Below are positions 39,651 to 49,646 of a stretch of 64,000 nucleotides of DNA, piece after piece. Every line of letters begins with the position of its first letter. The stretch's first letter is position 1. The notes under the pieces were generated by a model that had not been told where the DNA came from, did not search any database, and saw only the letters and a program-made list of their open reading frames with translations. A program made the translations under genes and the position numbers. Source of the DNA: Myxococcota bacterium (lineage in GTDB: Bacteria; Myxococcota_A; UBA9160; UBA4427); NCBI GenBank assembly GCA_965250285.1, contig OZ252299.1:3424001-3488000 (forward strand), written 5' to 3'.

Positions 39651-40499
39651 TCAGCGCGCCGACGACCTGCGCGTCGCCTTCTTCTTGCCCGGGGCAGACT
39701 TGCGCGGCGAGCGCTGCTTCTCGGCGCTCTTCTTCTTGGCAGCTGTCCTCTCCTTGGCAGCGCCCTTCTTCGTCGAACGCGCCCGCTTCGCAGCCGCCTT
39801 CTTCGTCGCCCCCGCCTTGAGCTTCGAGCGCGAGCCCGGTCCGCCGCCGCCGGCTTTCGCTTCTTCGCGCATGCGGCGCTTCGTCGCGGCCCAGCCACAG
39901 ATCGCGCACGACGCCAGATCGTGCCCGCGCGCCGGGCAGTGTTCGCGACCGAAGAAGATGATGGCGAGGTGCAGCCAGCCCCAATCCGACGGTTCGAAGA
40001 GCGCCTTCAGATCACGCTCGGTCTTCTCGACCGAGGTCTCGTCCGACAGCCCCCAACGCGCCGCGAGCCGGTGGATGTGCGTGTCGACCGGGAACGCATC
40101 GCGGCCGAATGCCTGCGCCATGACGACGCTGGCCGTCTTGTGCCCGACACCGGGCAGTGCTTCGAGTGCCTCGAAATCAGCCGGCACCTCACCGCCGTGC
40201 TGCTCGAGCAGCATCTCGCTGAGCCGCTGGATGTTGCGGGCCTTCTGCGGCGCGAGGCCGCAGCTGCGAATGTGAGAGAGGATCCGATCCGAGCCCAGGC
40301 GAGCCATCGAGGCCGGCTCGGGCGCCTCGGCGAAGAGCGACGGCGTCACCTGGTTCACCCGCTCATCGGTCGTTTGCGCCGAGAGCAGCACCGCGACCAA
40401 CAGCGTGAACGCGTCGCGATGGTCGAGCGGAATCGGGGGCTCGGGATACAGATCGCGCAGGATCCGGGTGATCTCGCGAGCCTTCTCGGCGCGGGTCAT
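39651..40499 (-). CDS. nth: Endonuclease III with Lys/Ala-rich C-terminal tail
   Basis: LLVAVLLSAQTTDERVN, LPGVGHKTA, FPVDTHIHR, FGREHC. Confidence 0.93.
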   Translation of the reverse strand: MTRAEKAREITRILRDLYPEPPIPLDHRDAFTLLVAVLLSAQTTDERVNQVTPSLFAEAPEPASMARLGSDRILSHIRSCGLAPQKARNIQRLSEMLLEQHGGEVPADFEALEALPGVGHKTASVVMAQAFGRDAFPVDTHIHRLAARWGLSDETSVEKTERDLKALFEPSDWGWLHLAIIFFGREHCPARGHDLASCAICGWAATKRRMREEAKAGGGGPGSRSKLKAGATKKAAAKRARSTKKGAAKERTAAKKKSAEKQRSPRKSAPGKKKATRRSSAR

Positions 40500-40845
40500 G
40501 GGCCCTCTGTTCGACTTCGCCGGAGTGTGGCCGCGGCCCTCGTTTCGGCTCGACCGAGAACGTGGCCGCCGCCCTCGATGCGTCGGCAATGGCGCGCACG
40601 CGACGCGCGGACGGCGCACGATAGCGAACGGTCGGCACCGGGTGGGCCCGTGTCGTCGCTTCCCCTCTGCGAGGAGACCTCCTACCATCCGGGCGGTCCG
40701 ACGACGCGCCCTTCACGTCACCGCCCGGTCGCCCGCAATCGCGAGCGACCCCGCGATGTGCGTGAACCGGCGCCGTGCGCATGGGGGACGGATTGCTCCG
40801 CACCGAGACGACGACGCCCACGATCGCGACGAGGGTGCAACCGCG

Positions 40846-41763
40846 ATGAGTGACGCGACGCATCGATCGGGCTCACCGCTCGACGCGCTCGAGACCGCGG
40901 GCGCGACCGACGTCGGTCAGGTGCGCATGGCCAACCAGGACGCGTTCGGAGAGTTCCGCGACGCCGAACGCCATCGTCACATGTTGCTCGTCGCCGACGG
41001 GATGGGCGGGCACCGGGGCGGCGAAGTCGCGAGTAGCATGACGGTCGATACGGTGCGCGACTTCTTCGCGAGCGAAACAGGGCCCGCGGGCGAGTTTGTC
41101 ATGTCGGCGCTTCAGCTCGCCAACACGCACGTCTACGACCGGGCCTCGACCGATGGCCAGCTCGCGGGGATGGGCACGACCGCGGTGGCGCTGCTCTTCG
41201 ACGAGAGTCGTGAGGCCTGGGTCGGCCACGTCGGCGACAGCCGCTGCTATCGACTCCGCGATGGCGTGATGACCCAGCTCACCGACGATCACTCGGTCGT
41301 GGGTGAGCTCGTGCGACGCGGGCAGCTCACACCCGACGAGGCCCGCGTTCACCCTCAGAGCAACGAGATCCTGCGCGCGATCGGCACCCAACCGGATGTC
41401 GTCGTCGACGTGCAGTCGGTGGACGTGCAGCCCGGCGACCGATACCTGCTCTGCTCCGATGGCCTCTCGGGCATGATCACCGACGACGAAATCGCCGAAG
41501 TGCTCGCGAGCCAGGCACCGCAAGAGGCGGTGCGTACGCTGATCGACCGCGCGAACGAGGCGGGCGGCACCGACAACATCACCGTGCAGATCGGCGTCGT
41601 CGGCCCCTTCGGCGAGGGAGCGGCGACGGCAACGTCGGCCCCGAGCCCGGGACCGCCTGCGCGCCCGAGCGAGACGCCCGTGCAAACCGACTTCGGCCTG
41701 CTGCCGTGGCTCGTGCTCGCCGCCATCGTCGCCCTCGGCCTCGTGTGGTGGCTCACCAGCTGA
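40846..41763 (+). CDS. PP2C-type Ser/Thr phosphatase (Stp1/PrpC-like) with C-terminal TM anchor
   Basis: TDVGQVRMANQD, VADGMGG, GMGTT, HVGDSR, LCSDGL, GGTDNIT. Confidence 0.94.
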   Translation: MSDATHRSGSPLDALETAGATDVGQVRMANQDAFGEFRDAERHRHMLLVADGMGGHRGGEVASSMTVDTVRDFFASETGPAGEFVMSALQLANTHVYDRASTDGQLAGMGTTAVALLFDESREAWVGHVGDSRCYRLRDGVMTQLTDDHSVVGELVRRGQLTPDEARVHPQSNEILRAIGTQPDVVVDVQSVDVQPGDRYLLCSDGLSGMITDDEIAEVLASQAPQEAVRTLIDRANEAGGTDNITVQIGVVGPFGEGAATATSAPSPGPPARPSETPVQTDFGLLPWLVLAAIVALGLVWWLTS

Positions 41764-41779
41764 GGGGCGGCCGGGCCCC

Positions 41780-44371
41780 GTGACAGACGCATCCTCGCAG
41801 AACGACGAAGCGACCGAAGCCTCGACGCCGGGGCCGCCCGACGATCGCCCGCGGCTCGGCGAGTACGTGCCCGAGGGCGAACTCGTCGACGGTTCGGCGA
41901 TCCTCGATCGATTCATGCGCTGGGTCGCCGACACCGGGCTCACCCTCTACGAAGCACAGGAGGAAGCGCTGCTCGAGTTGATGGCGGGGCAGCACGTCAT
42001 CCTGTCGACGCCGACCGGAAGCGGCAAGAGTCTCGTCGCGCTCGGCATGCACTACATGGCGATGTGCCAGGGCAAGCGCTCGTTCTACACCGCGCCCATC
42101 AAGGCGCTCGTGAGCGAGAAGTTCTTCGATCTCTGTGAAGCCTTCGGCGCCGAGCACGTCGGCATGCTCACGGGCGACGCGACCATCAACTGGAGCGCGC
42201 CGATCGTGTGCTGCACGGCCGAGGTCCTCGCGAACATGGCGATCTCGAGCGGCGCACGCACCGATGCGCCCTGTGTCGTGATGGACGAATTTCACTACTA
42301 CGGCGACCGCGACCGCGGCGTGGCCTGGCAGCAACCCCTGCTCGAGCTCGCGCGCACCCAGTTCCTGCTCATGTCGGCCACGCTGGGCGATACGTCCGAG
42401 ATCGAGCGGCACGTCGAAGACGTGACGGGACGAGCCGTTTCACGCGTTCACTCCGACGAACGCCCGGTCCCGCTCGACTTCAGCTACGTCGAGACCGCCG
42501 TCCATGAGACGGTCGAGTCGCTGCTCCACGGTCACAAGGCGCCCATCTACATCGTCCACTTCACGCAGCGCGAAGCCGCCGAGCAGGCCCAGGCGCTGAC
42601 CAGTGCACAGATCACCGACAAAGAAGAGAAGAAGGCCGTCCAGAAGGCAATTGCGGGGTTTCGCTTCGACTCGCCCTACGGAAAGGACGTGAAGCGCATC
42701 CTGGGCCACGGGATCGGGCTCCACCACGCGGGTCTGCTGCCCAAGTATCGGCTGCTGGTCGAGCGGCTCGCCCAGCAGGGCCTTCTCAAGGTCATCTGCG
42801 GCACCGACACTCTGGGCGTCGGCGTGAACGTGCCGATTCGCTCCGTGCTCTTCTCGAAGCTCTGCAAGTTCGACGGCGAGAAGACCGCGATCCTGTCGGT
42901 GCGCGACTTCAAGCAGATCGCCGGGCGAGCCGGGCGCCGGGGCTTCGACGACGCCGGCAGCGTCATCGTCCAGGCACCCGAGCACGTCATCGAGAACAAG
43001 AAGCTCGAAGCGAAGGCCGCGCAGAAGCCCGGCCGCAAGAAGGTCGTCAAGAAGAAGCCGCCGACGCGCGGCTACGTGGCATGGAGCGATGAGACGCTCG
43101 AGCGACTGATCGAGAGCCCACCCGAGACCCTGAGCTCGCGCTTTCGCATCGACCACGGTCTGCTGATCGGCTGCCTCAAGGCCGAGGCCGCGGGCGGCGC
43201 CGCGGGCTATCGGCGTGTACTCGAGCTGATCGATCGCTGCCACGAACCCGCCGCAGCGAAGCCAGGGCTTCGTCGGGACGCCGCCGCACTCTTCCGCTCG
43301 CTGCGTGTCGCGGGCGTCGTCGAAGTCGATCGCGGATCGCACGGCGGCGAGATCCGGGTCAGCGAAGATCTCGACGCCGACTTCTCACTGCACCACGCCC
43401 TTTCGCTCTATCTCGTCGAGGCCGCGTCCGCGCTCGACCCGTCCGCTGACTCGACCCCGGTCGACGTGCTCGCCTTCACGGAGGCCATCCTCGAACAGCC
43501 GCGGCCGATCCTCATCGCCATGGAGAAGAAGGCCCGCGGCGACGCGATCGCAGCGATGAAGGCCGAGGGGATCGAGTACGACGAGCGCATGGAGAGACTC
43601 GAGAAGATCACGTACCCGAAGCCCAACGAAGACCTCATCTACGAGACGTTCGCGCTGTTTCGCGACGCGCATCCCTGGGTGGGGGCCGAGGCGATTCGGC
43701 CGAAGGGCGTCGCACGCGAGATGTTCGATGGGCTCGCCGCGTTCGACGACCACGTGAAGCGCATGGGCGTCGCGCGCGTCGAGGGCGTGCTGCTTCGCTA
43801 TCTCGGCCAGGTGCACGACACGCTGGCGCGCTCCCTGCCCGCTCCGCTCCGCACGCCCGCCGTGCAAGAGATGATCGGCTACTTCCGCTCGCTGATCGCT
43901 CGCGTCGACACGAGCCTGCTCCAGGAGTGGGAGAAGCTCGTGCACCCCGACGAGGACGACGCGGCGGCCGAGACGGCGGCCCGCGCGTACGACCTCGCGC
44001 AAGACGAGGCCGCGCTGCGCGCACGCATCCGGAGCGAAGTCGGCGGGCTGCTGCGTGCGATCGCGCACGGCGAGCTCGTCGAAGCCGCCGAGCGGCTCCG
44101 CCCCCGCGACGGGGGTGCCTGGTCGTCGAGCGCGCTCGAGCGCGAGCTCGCGAGCTTCTACGACGAGTTCGAGCGGGTTCGCTTCGACCCGACCGCGCGC
44201 CAGGGCCACTACACGGTGATCGAAGATGCGGGGCCGCGTCGCTGGCGGGTCCGCCAGGTGCTGCTCGACGAGCGCGACGAGGGCGTGTTCTACCTCGATC
44301 TCGAGGTCGACCTGACGGACGAAGTCAATCCCGAAGGCCCATTGCTCGACCTGCGCGCCGTCGCCAGCTAG
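41780..44371 (+). CDS. Ski2-like DExH helicase (DUF3516 type)
   Basis: TPTGSGKS, APIKALVSEKF, MDEFH, MSAT, HHAG, TDTLGVGVN, QIAGRAGR. Confidence 0.93.
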   Translation: MTDASSQNDEATEASTPGPPDDRPRLGEYVPEGELVDGSAILDRFMRWVADTGLTLYEAQEEALLELMAGQHVILSTPTGSGKSLVALGMHYMAMCQGKRSFYTAPIKALVSEKFFDLCEAFGAEHVGMLTGDATINWSAPIVCCTAEVLANMAISSGARTDAPCVVMDEFHYYGDRDRGVAWQQPLLELARTQFLLMSATLGDTSEIERHVEDVTGRAVSRVHSDERPVPLDFSYVETAVHETVESLLHGHKAPIYIVHFTQREAAEQAQALTSAQITDKEEKKAVQKAIAGFRFDSPYGKDVKRILGHGIGLHHAGLLPKYRLLVERLAQQGLLKVICGTDTLGVGVNVPIRSVLFSKLCKFDGEKTAILSVRDFKQIAGRAGRRGFDDAGSVIVQAPEHVIENKKLEAKAAQKPGRKKVVKKKPPTRGYVAWSDETLERLIESPPETLSSRFRIDHGLLIGCLKAEAAGGAAGYRRVLELIDRCHEPAAAKPGLRRDAAALFRSLRVAGVVEVDRGSHGGEIRVSEDLDADFSLHHALSLYLVEAASALDPSADSTPVDVLAFTEAILEQPRPILIAMEKKARGDAIAAMKAEGIEYDERMERLEKITYPKPNEDLIYETFALFRDAHPWVGAEAIRPKGVAREMFDGLAAFDDHVKRMGVARVEGVLLRYLGQVHDTLARSLPAPLRTPAVQEMIGYFRSLIARVDTSLLQEWEKLVHPDEDDAAAETAARAYDLAQDEAALRARIRSEVGGLLRAIAHGELVEAAERLRPRDGGAWSSSALERELASFYDEFERVRFDPTARQGHYTVIEDAGPRRWRVRQVLLDERDEGVFYLDLEVDLTDEVNPEGPLLDLRAVAS

Positions 44372-44538
44372 CGATGCTCTGCAGAACTCGCTCCCCGCAC
44401 GCGAGAACAGCTCTGGGGGGTGAACTCGATGGCTGATCAGCAGGCGTTCGCGGGCGAGGCTTGGAAGCGGAAAGGCAATTCGACGCGCCGCGAGCGCTCC
44501 CTCGCCGAGAGTTCTGCGCTGCGACCGAAGCGCCCCGA

Positions 44539-44656
44539 GGCCGGGGCAGGCGGGGGTACCGCGCGCAGTTCGCAGGCGCGACGGGCGCAGCAAACGAGCT
44601 TCCCAGACAGGTCGCGCCGAGAATGTCTGAGCACGGTGCCCCCGCCTGCGCCGGCC
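44539..44656. repeat. Long inverted repeat / stem-loop (REP-like)
   Basis: 44539-44564 is complementary to 44631-44656 (23/26); inner stem GGCGCGAC/GTCGCGCC. Confidence 0.7.
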
Positions 44657-44724
44657 CTGCGACGGCGGACCGTGCGGAGGTTCCCTAGGCGCCGGGGCCA
44701 CCAGCCACGGGCTGGGGCCGCCCC

Positions 44725-45654
44725 CTAGGCATCGGAGTCTTCCGCCGGCGCGCGGCCGGCCGACGGCGCTTCGAGATCGGCGTAGCCCGCGAGCTCACGC
44801 TCATATGCATCGAAGCCGACACGCTCGCGCAGCGCGGCGAACGAGAGCATGTCTTCGGGCGTGCGACCGGCACGCAGCTCGTCCAGCGCACGCTCCATCG
44901 CCGCGATGGCCGCGGACAGGAGCGTGAGGGGGTAGGCGGCGAGCTGATAGCCCATCGACTCGAGGCGCTCGGGCGAGAGCAGCGGGGTGCCACCCCCCTC
45001 GAGCATGTTCGCCATCTTGGGCCCCGGAATCGCCCGACAGAGCCGCTCCATTTCGAGCTCGGTCTGCGGGGCCTCGAAGAAGACGAGGTCGGCGCCGAGA
45101 TCGTGGAACGCGAGGCAGCGCTCGAGGGCTTCGTCGAACCCGTCGGTGGCCCGCGCGTCGGTGCGCGCCATGACGAGCACGTCGGCGCCCGCGTCGCGTG
45201 CGTCGACGGCGGCGCGCACGCGCTGCATCGCCTCGGCGCGCGGCACGACCGCTTTCCCACTCGTATGACCACACCGTTTCGGCGCCACTTGATCTTCGAT
45301 CATCGCGCAGGCGAACCCGGCGCGTGCGTACGTCTCGACCGTGCGCTTCACGTTCATCGGATTGCCGTAGCCGGTGTCCGCATCGCCCAGCACGGGAATG
45401 TCGACCGCTCCGCAGATCTGTCGGCCCTGATCGACCATCTCGCCGAACGAGATCAGACCGGTGTCGGGCAGCGCAAGACGAGCCGCCGAGACCGCGAAGC
45501 CGCTCATGAACGTGAGATCGAAGCCCGCGCGCTCGATGAGACGTGCCGACATCGCGTCGAAGCAGCACGGCATCACGTGGAGCCCACCCGATTCGAGGAG
45601 GCGCGCGAGCCGCGCGCGAGGCGTCGATCGTTCGGCATCGGATTCGAAGGTCAT
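44725..45654 (-). CDS. Isocitrate lyase/PEP mutase family protein
   Basis: DAMSA, LPD, DADTGYG, IEDQVAPKRCGH, ARTD. Confidence 0.93.
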   Translation of the reverse strand: MTFESDAERSTPRARLARLLESGGLHVMPCCFDAMSARLIERAGFDLTFMSGFAVSAARLALPDTGLISFGEMVDQGRQICGAVDIPVLGDADTGYGNPMNVKRTVETYARAGFACAMIEDQVAPKRCGHTSGKAVVPRAEAMQRVRAAVDARDAGADVLVMARTDARATDGFDEALERCLAFHDLGADLVFFEAPQTELEMERLCRAIPGPKMANMLEGGGTPLLSPERLESMGYQLAAYPLTLLSAAIAAMERALDELRAGRTPEDMLSFAALRERVGFDAYERELAGYADLEAPSAGRAPAEDSDA

Positions 45655-45755
45655 CGTGCGGTCGCCCCGAGTCGCCCGGCCAGCGCGCGCGGCCGAGATC
45701 GCTCCGCAGGCTAGCACCGCGCCGGCTGCGGCCGGCGCCCGTGGCACAACCCGGG

Positions 45756-47537
45756 CTAGCGCTCGTAAGCGCCGACCTCATCGTCGGCCGACATCAGGCC
45801 AGGCAGATCGATCGTGAAGGTCGTCCCGGCCTGGGGGGTCGACTCGACGTTGATCGTGCCGCCGTGGTTGCGAACGATGTGATAGCAGATGGCGAGACCG
45901 AGCCCCGTGCCTTCGCCCACCGGTTTCGTGGTGAAGAACGGGTCGAAGATGCGATCGCGGAGTGCGGCCGGGATGCCGCAGCCGTCGTCGTGTACGCGCA
46001 GGATCGCACCGCCCGTACGCGCCTCGGACGAGACGACGACGCGCCCTTCTTCGCCGACCGCATGGATCGCATTCACGACGAGGTTCACGATCACCTGCTC
46101 GAGCTCGCCCCGGCGGCAAGCGACATCGGGCAGCGCGCGATCGAGTCGAAGATCGAGCTCGACGCCTGCCGCCGCGCCCGAAAGCGCCACCCGCACGGCG
46201 CGTTCGACGAGCTCGTTCGGGTCGACCACCGTCCGCTCTCCCTGCGCTGGCTCGGAGAAGCCCTGGACGTTGCGGACGAGCGCGGTGACACGGTCGACGC
46301 CCTCGAGCGACTCGCCGATCAGGTCGTCGCCCTCTTCGACGATGTCCTGGGCGCGTTCGCCCAGGCCGGCCTTGTCGACGTCGAGGGTCAGCACCTGCCA
46401 ATGCAACTTGAGATCGGTGAGGCTGCCTCGAACTTCGAGCATCGGGCGCATGATCTCGCGCGCGATCCCAGCGCTCAGATCGCCGACTGCAGCCAGTCGG
46501 GCCGAGTTGACCAGACGATGGCGGAGCGCGGCGACGTCTCGGCGATCCCGCACGATGAGCGCGTAGCCCACCGGGCCGCGCCGCTCGTGCACGACGGCCA
46601 CGGGCGAGGCGACCACCGGCAGATCCCGCCCATCGCCCCGCCGCAGCACCAGCTCGGTCCCGGGCGCGACGTCGTCGAGCGAGCGTGTCATGCGCGGAAT
46701 CAGGTCGTGCACGCTGCGCCGCGCGGCTTCAGCCGGCGCCAGGTCGGCCAGCTCGGCCAGATGCGGATTCAGATAGCGGATCGAGCCGTCGCGTCGAACC
46801 AAGGCGACACCGTCGGGCAGTGAGCCGATGATCTCCTCGGCGAAGGCGTCAGCCGAGAGGAGCGAGAACCCGTAGCGCTGGAGATGGACCGCGATGACGC
46901 CGCAGGCGACCGCGAGCGCGGTGCTGCCCATGAGCGGGGGATAGATGTCCATCAGGGGCAGCAGCGCATCGCACACAACGGCGAGCACCAGGGCCGCGCC
47001 CAGGCTGGCGACGACGACCGTCGTGGTTCGACGCTCACCCCCCGATCCGTTCTGCGGCGCGGACGCGCGCCAAGCGACGAGCACGAGGATCGCCGGTACG
47101 ACCGCGATCGCGAGCGCCGGAGCGAAGAGCCAGCCGTACTCGAGCCGCCAGCCCGTGGGCGGCGTCGCCTCGAGCGAGATCAGGCCCCACGGCGTGAAGG
47201 CATAGGTCACGGCGAAGAGCGCGCTCAGCCCGTAGAGCCATGGGGTCAGCCGATGAATCGAAGACCGACTGTTGCCGCGCAGCTCGGCGAACGTGTGAAA
47301 GAAGAAGGCCGAAACGGGGATCCAGCCGAGCCCGGTCAGCCGCATGATCGCGGCCGCGCTCTCGTTCGACGGCGCCATCGCGCAGAGCGACTCGCAGAGC
47401 GCCCACCAACCCACGCAGCCGATGACGGCGCCCATCAGGCGATTCGGTCGGAAGCCGGGGTCGCGCACGATGATCGCGGTTGCGAGCGCAATGCACGCCA
47501 TCGCCGTGAGCATCTTGAAGAGGATGAGCGTGCTCAC
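45756..47537 (-). CDS. Membrane (7TM-like) PAS histidine kinase with intact ATPase domain but no phospho-acceptor His
   Basis: TM region, PAS (LPDGVALV), H-box reads AGIAREIMRP, N box NLVVNA, G1 DDGCGI, F FDPFFTTK, G2 GTGLGL. Confidence 0.9.
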   Translation of the reverse strand: MSTLILFKMLTAMACIALATAIIVRDPGFRPNRLMGAVIGCVGWWALCESLCAMAPSNESAAAIMRLTGLGWIPVSAFFFHTFAELRGNSRSSIHRLTPWLYGLSALFAVTYAFTPWGLISLEATPPTGWRLEYGWLFAPALAIAVVPAILVLVAWRASAPQNGSGGERRTTTVVVASLGAALVLAVVCDALLPLMDIYPPLMGSTALAVACGVIAVHLQRYGFSLLSADAFAEEIIGSLPDGVALVRRDGSIRYLNPHLAELADLAPAEAARRSVHDLIPRMTRSLDDVAPGTELVLRRGDGRDLPVVASPVAVVHERRGPVGYALIVRDRRDVAALRHRLVNSARLAAVGDLSAGIAREIMRPMLEVRGSLTDLKLHWQVLTLDVDKAGLGERAQDIVEEGDDLIGESLEGVDRVTALVRNVQGFSEPAQGERTVVDPNELVERAVRVALSGAAAGVELDLRLDRALPDVACRRGELEQVIVNLVVNAIHAVGEEGRVVVSSEARTGGAILRVHDDGCGIPAALRDRIFDPFFTTKPVGEGTGLGLAICYHIVRNHGGTINVESTPQAGTTFTIDLPGLMSADDEVGAYER

Positions 47538-49306
47538 GCAACGCCCTCCCCGGGTCGGACCGCGTCCGTCTCGTGGGGCAACGCATCGTCTTCGACGGGA
47601 AAGAGCAGGCGCACGCGGGTGAAGCCGTCGTCGAACTCCTCGACCTCGAAGTCGCCGCCTTCTTCTTCGACGATCTCACGCGCGATCACGAGCTGGATGC
47701 CGCCCGACGCCACGCGACCTGCCGGCTCCGACATGCGCGCGGCCCGGTCGGTGCGGAGCTCGAAGACGATCTGAACGTGGTCTGCGTCGAGCGACGTGCC
47801 GACCTCGACGCCCTGGCCGTCGGCGACGTGCGCGAACGCCCACTGCGCCACTCCGAACAGCGCCTGCTTGAGCTCCTGCCCGCCGATCTCGATGCGCGGC
47901 AGGTCGGCCATGCTGCGCTCGACGCGCTCGCTCGATCCGCGATGCAGCGAGGCGAGCTGCAGTGCGCTCTCGAGCAGCTCGTTCACATCGGCGAGCTGTC
48001 GTCGGCCCTGACCAGCATGGGCGAACGCGCGCACCTCGCGCACGATCGACGAGATGCGGGCGAGACCCGTCAACGCTTCTTCGACGCGGTCCGAGCCCGA
48101 GTCGACGAACTCGGGCGTGCACGCCGGATCCACACCGTCTTCGGCCAGCAGGGCCGCGAGCTCGGCGTAGTGTCGGCGCATCAGATTGAGATTCGCCTGG
48201 ATGTAGGCGACCGGGTTGTTGACCTCGTGCGCGATGCCGGCGGCCATTTCGCCGACGGTCGCCATCTGATTCGCGGTTCGCAGGTGACTGCGCAGGAACG
48301 CCTGCTCTCGCAGGTCGCGGAGCGATACGACGTGGCCGACCGGGCCGCCCTGCCGATCGTGGATCGGCGAGATGCTCACGGCCACCGGGATCGGATCGCG
48401 CTCGAACGGCAGCAGCTCTGACTCGCGCTCGTCGTCGAGCGCCAGCAGCTCGGGCAGCGGCATCAGGATGAGGCTCGAGGCCGAGCGACCGATCAGCTCT
48501 TCTCGCGGCTCACCCATCCACGTCGCCAGCGTCTGGTTCACGCTGCGCAAGCGGCCGTCGGTCTCGATCAGCGCGACACCGCTCGGCAAGCGCTCGAGGA
48601 TGCGCCGGGCGAGACCCGCCTCCGAGATGGCTCCGTCGAAGCCGCTGAAGTAGTGCAGCCAGGCGGCGCCACCGAGCACCGAGATCGCGAGGACGCCCAC
48701 GCGCGGGAAGTCGATGCCCATCATCGGCAGAACGCCCTCGGTCACGAACGCGGCCAGCAGCGGAATCGCGATGAGCACCGCGAGCAGCAGATCGGAGCTG
48801 CGCAGCGGCGCCCGCGCGCTCTTGTCGGTGGTCGCGGCCAGCGCCACGATCGTGATGAGCGGCGGCACGAGCCCCTGCACGAGGATCAGCGGAAAGAGCG
48901 GCCCGGCTTTCAGTCGCCAGATCGTCATGAGCGAAGGGACGACCCCCTCGACCACCCACGGCGTCGCGAGCGCGAGCACGGCGATCGGCAACCCCGTACA
49001 GACGGCGCCCAGCGAGATGATGCGCAGTGCACGCGCGTGGCCGGGACGGAGCGTGCCGAGCGCGAGCGGCAGCAGCGGACCGAGCGCGATCGCCAGGACC
49101 GCGATGATGCGCACCCAGATCACCGCGCTCTCGGCGTCCGGACTGGTCGCCGTCATCAGCTCCATCAGGGCCCAGAGCGACGCGAACGAGAGGATCACGG
49201 CCGAGACCCGGGTCGCAGCGTGCTGAGGCGCACGGGCGACGCTCGCCGCCGCGATGGCGGTTCCGAGGACGCAAGCCGTGAGCGGCACGAAGACGTACGG
49301 ATGCAT
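47534..49306 (-). CDS. Membrane (7TM-like) PAS histidine kinase with intact H-box but degenerate ATPase domain
   Basis: TM region, PAS (LPSGVALI), AGIAHEVNNP; C-terminal domain lacks the N/G1/F/G2 motifs. Start 49306 or 49333. Confidence 0.88.
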   Translation of the reverse strand: MHPYVFVPLTACVLGTAIAAASVARAPQHAATRVSAVILSFASLWALMELMTATSPDAESAVIWVRIIAVLAIALGPLLPLALGTLRPGHARALRIISLGAVCTGLPIAVLALATPWVVEGVVPSLMTIWRLKAGPLFPLILVQGLVPPLITIVALAATTDKSARAPLRSSDLLLAVLIAIPLLAAFVTEGVLPMMGIDFPRVGVLAISVLGGAAWLHYFSGFDGAISEAGLARRILERLPSGVALIETDGRLRSVNQTLATWMGEPREELIGRSASSLILMPLPELLALDDERESELLPFERDPIPVAVSISPIHDRQGGPVGHVVSLRDLREQAFLRSHLRTANQMATVGEMAAGIAHEVNNPVAYIQANLNLMRRHYAELAALLAEDGVDPACTPEFVDSGSDRVEEALTGLARISSIVREVRAFAHAGQGRRQLADVNELLESALQLASLHRGSSERVERSMADLPRIEIGGQELKQALFGVAQWAFAHVADGQGVEVGTSLDADHVQIVFELRTDRAARMSEPAGRVASGGIQLVIAREIVEEEGGDFEVEEFDDGFTRVRLLFPVEDDALPHETDAVRPGEGVA

Positions 49307-49559
49307 GAATCCGGGGCTCCCCGGACGATTCATCGACGCGCCGACACGGCGGCTTGACTTGACGGCACAGGGCTGTCGGCGCCACACTTGCGGCATGCCG
49401 AAGCGTTCCAAAGTCACGGGCAACCGAGACGCAGGCCCCATGCAGGTCATGCGCAGCTCGTTTGCAGCAAGCGTCGAGCGACCTCGCTCGAGCGCCGTGT
49501 CGACCCGCGCCGCGCGCCGCTTCGGCCCCCTGCTCACGACGATCCTGACGCCGACGAAC

Positions 49560-49646
49560 ACGTCCACTCTGACGTCCACTCTGACGTCCACCCCGACGTC
49601 CACCCCGACGTCCACCCCGACGTCCACCCCGACGTCCACCCCGACG
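49560..49646. repeat. 12-bp tandem repeat x7
   Basis: ACGTCCACTCTG x2 then ACGTCCACCCCG x5. Confidence 0.95.

Noticed and set aside
49334..49639. N-terminal VGVD-repeat extension of the kinase ORF
   Set aside because: Arises from the intergenic 12-bp VNTR; the paralogue's length supports a start at 49306-49333.
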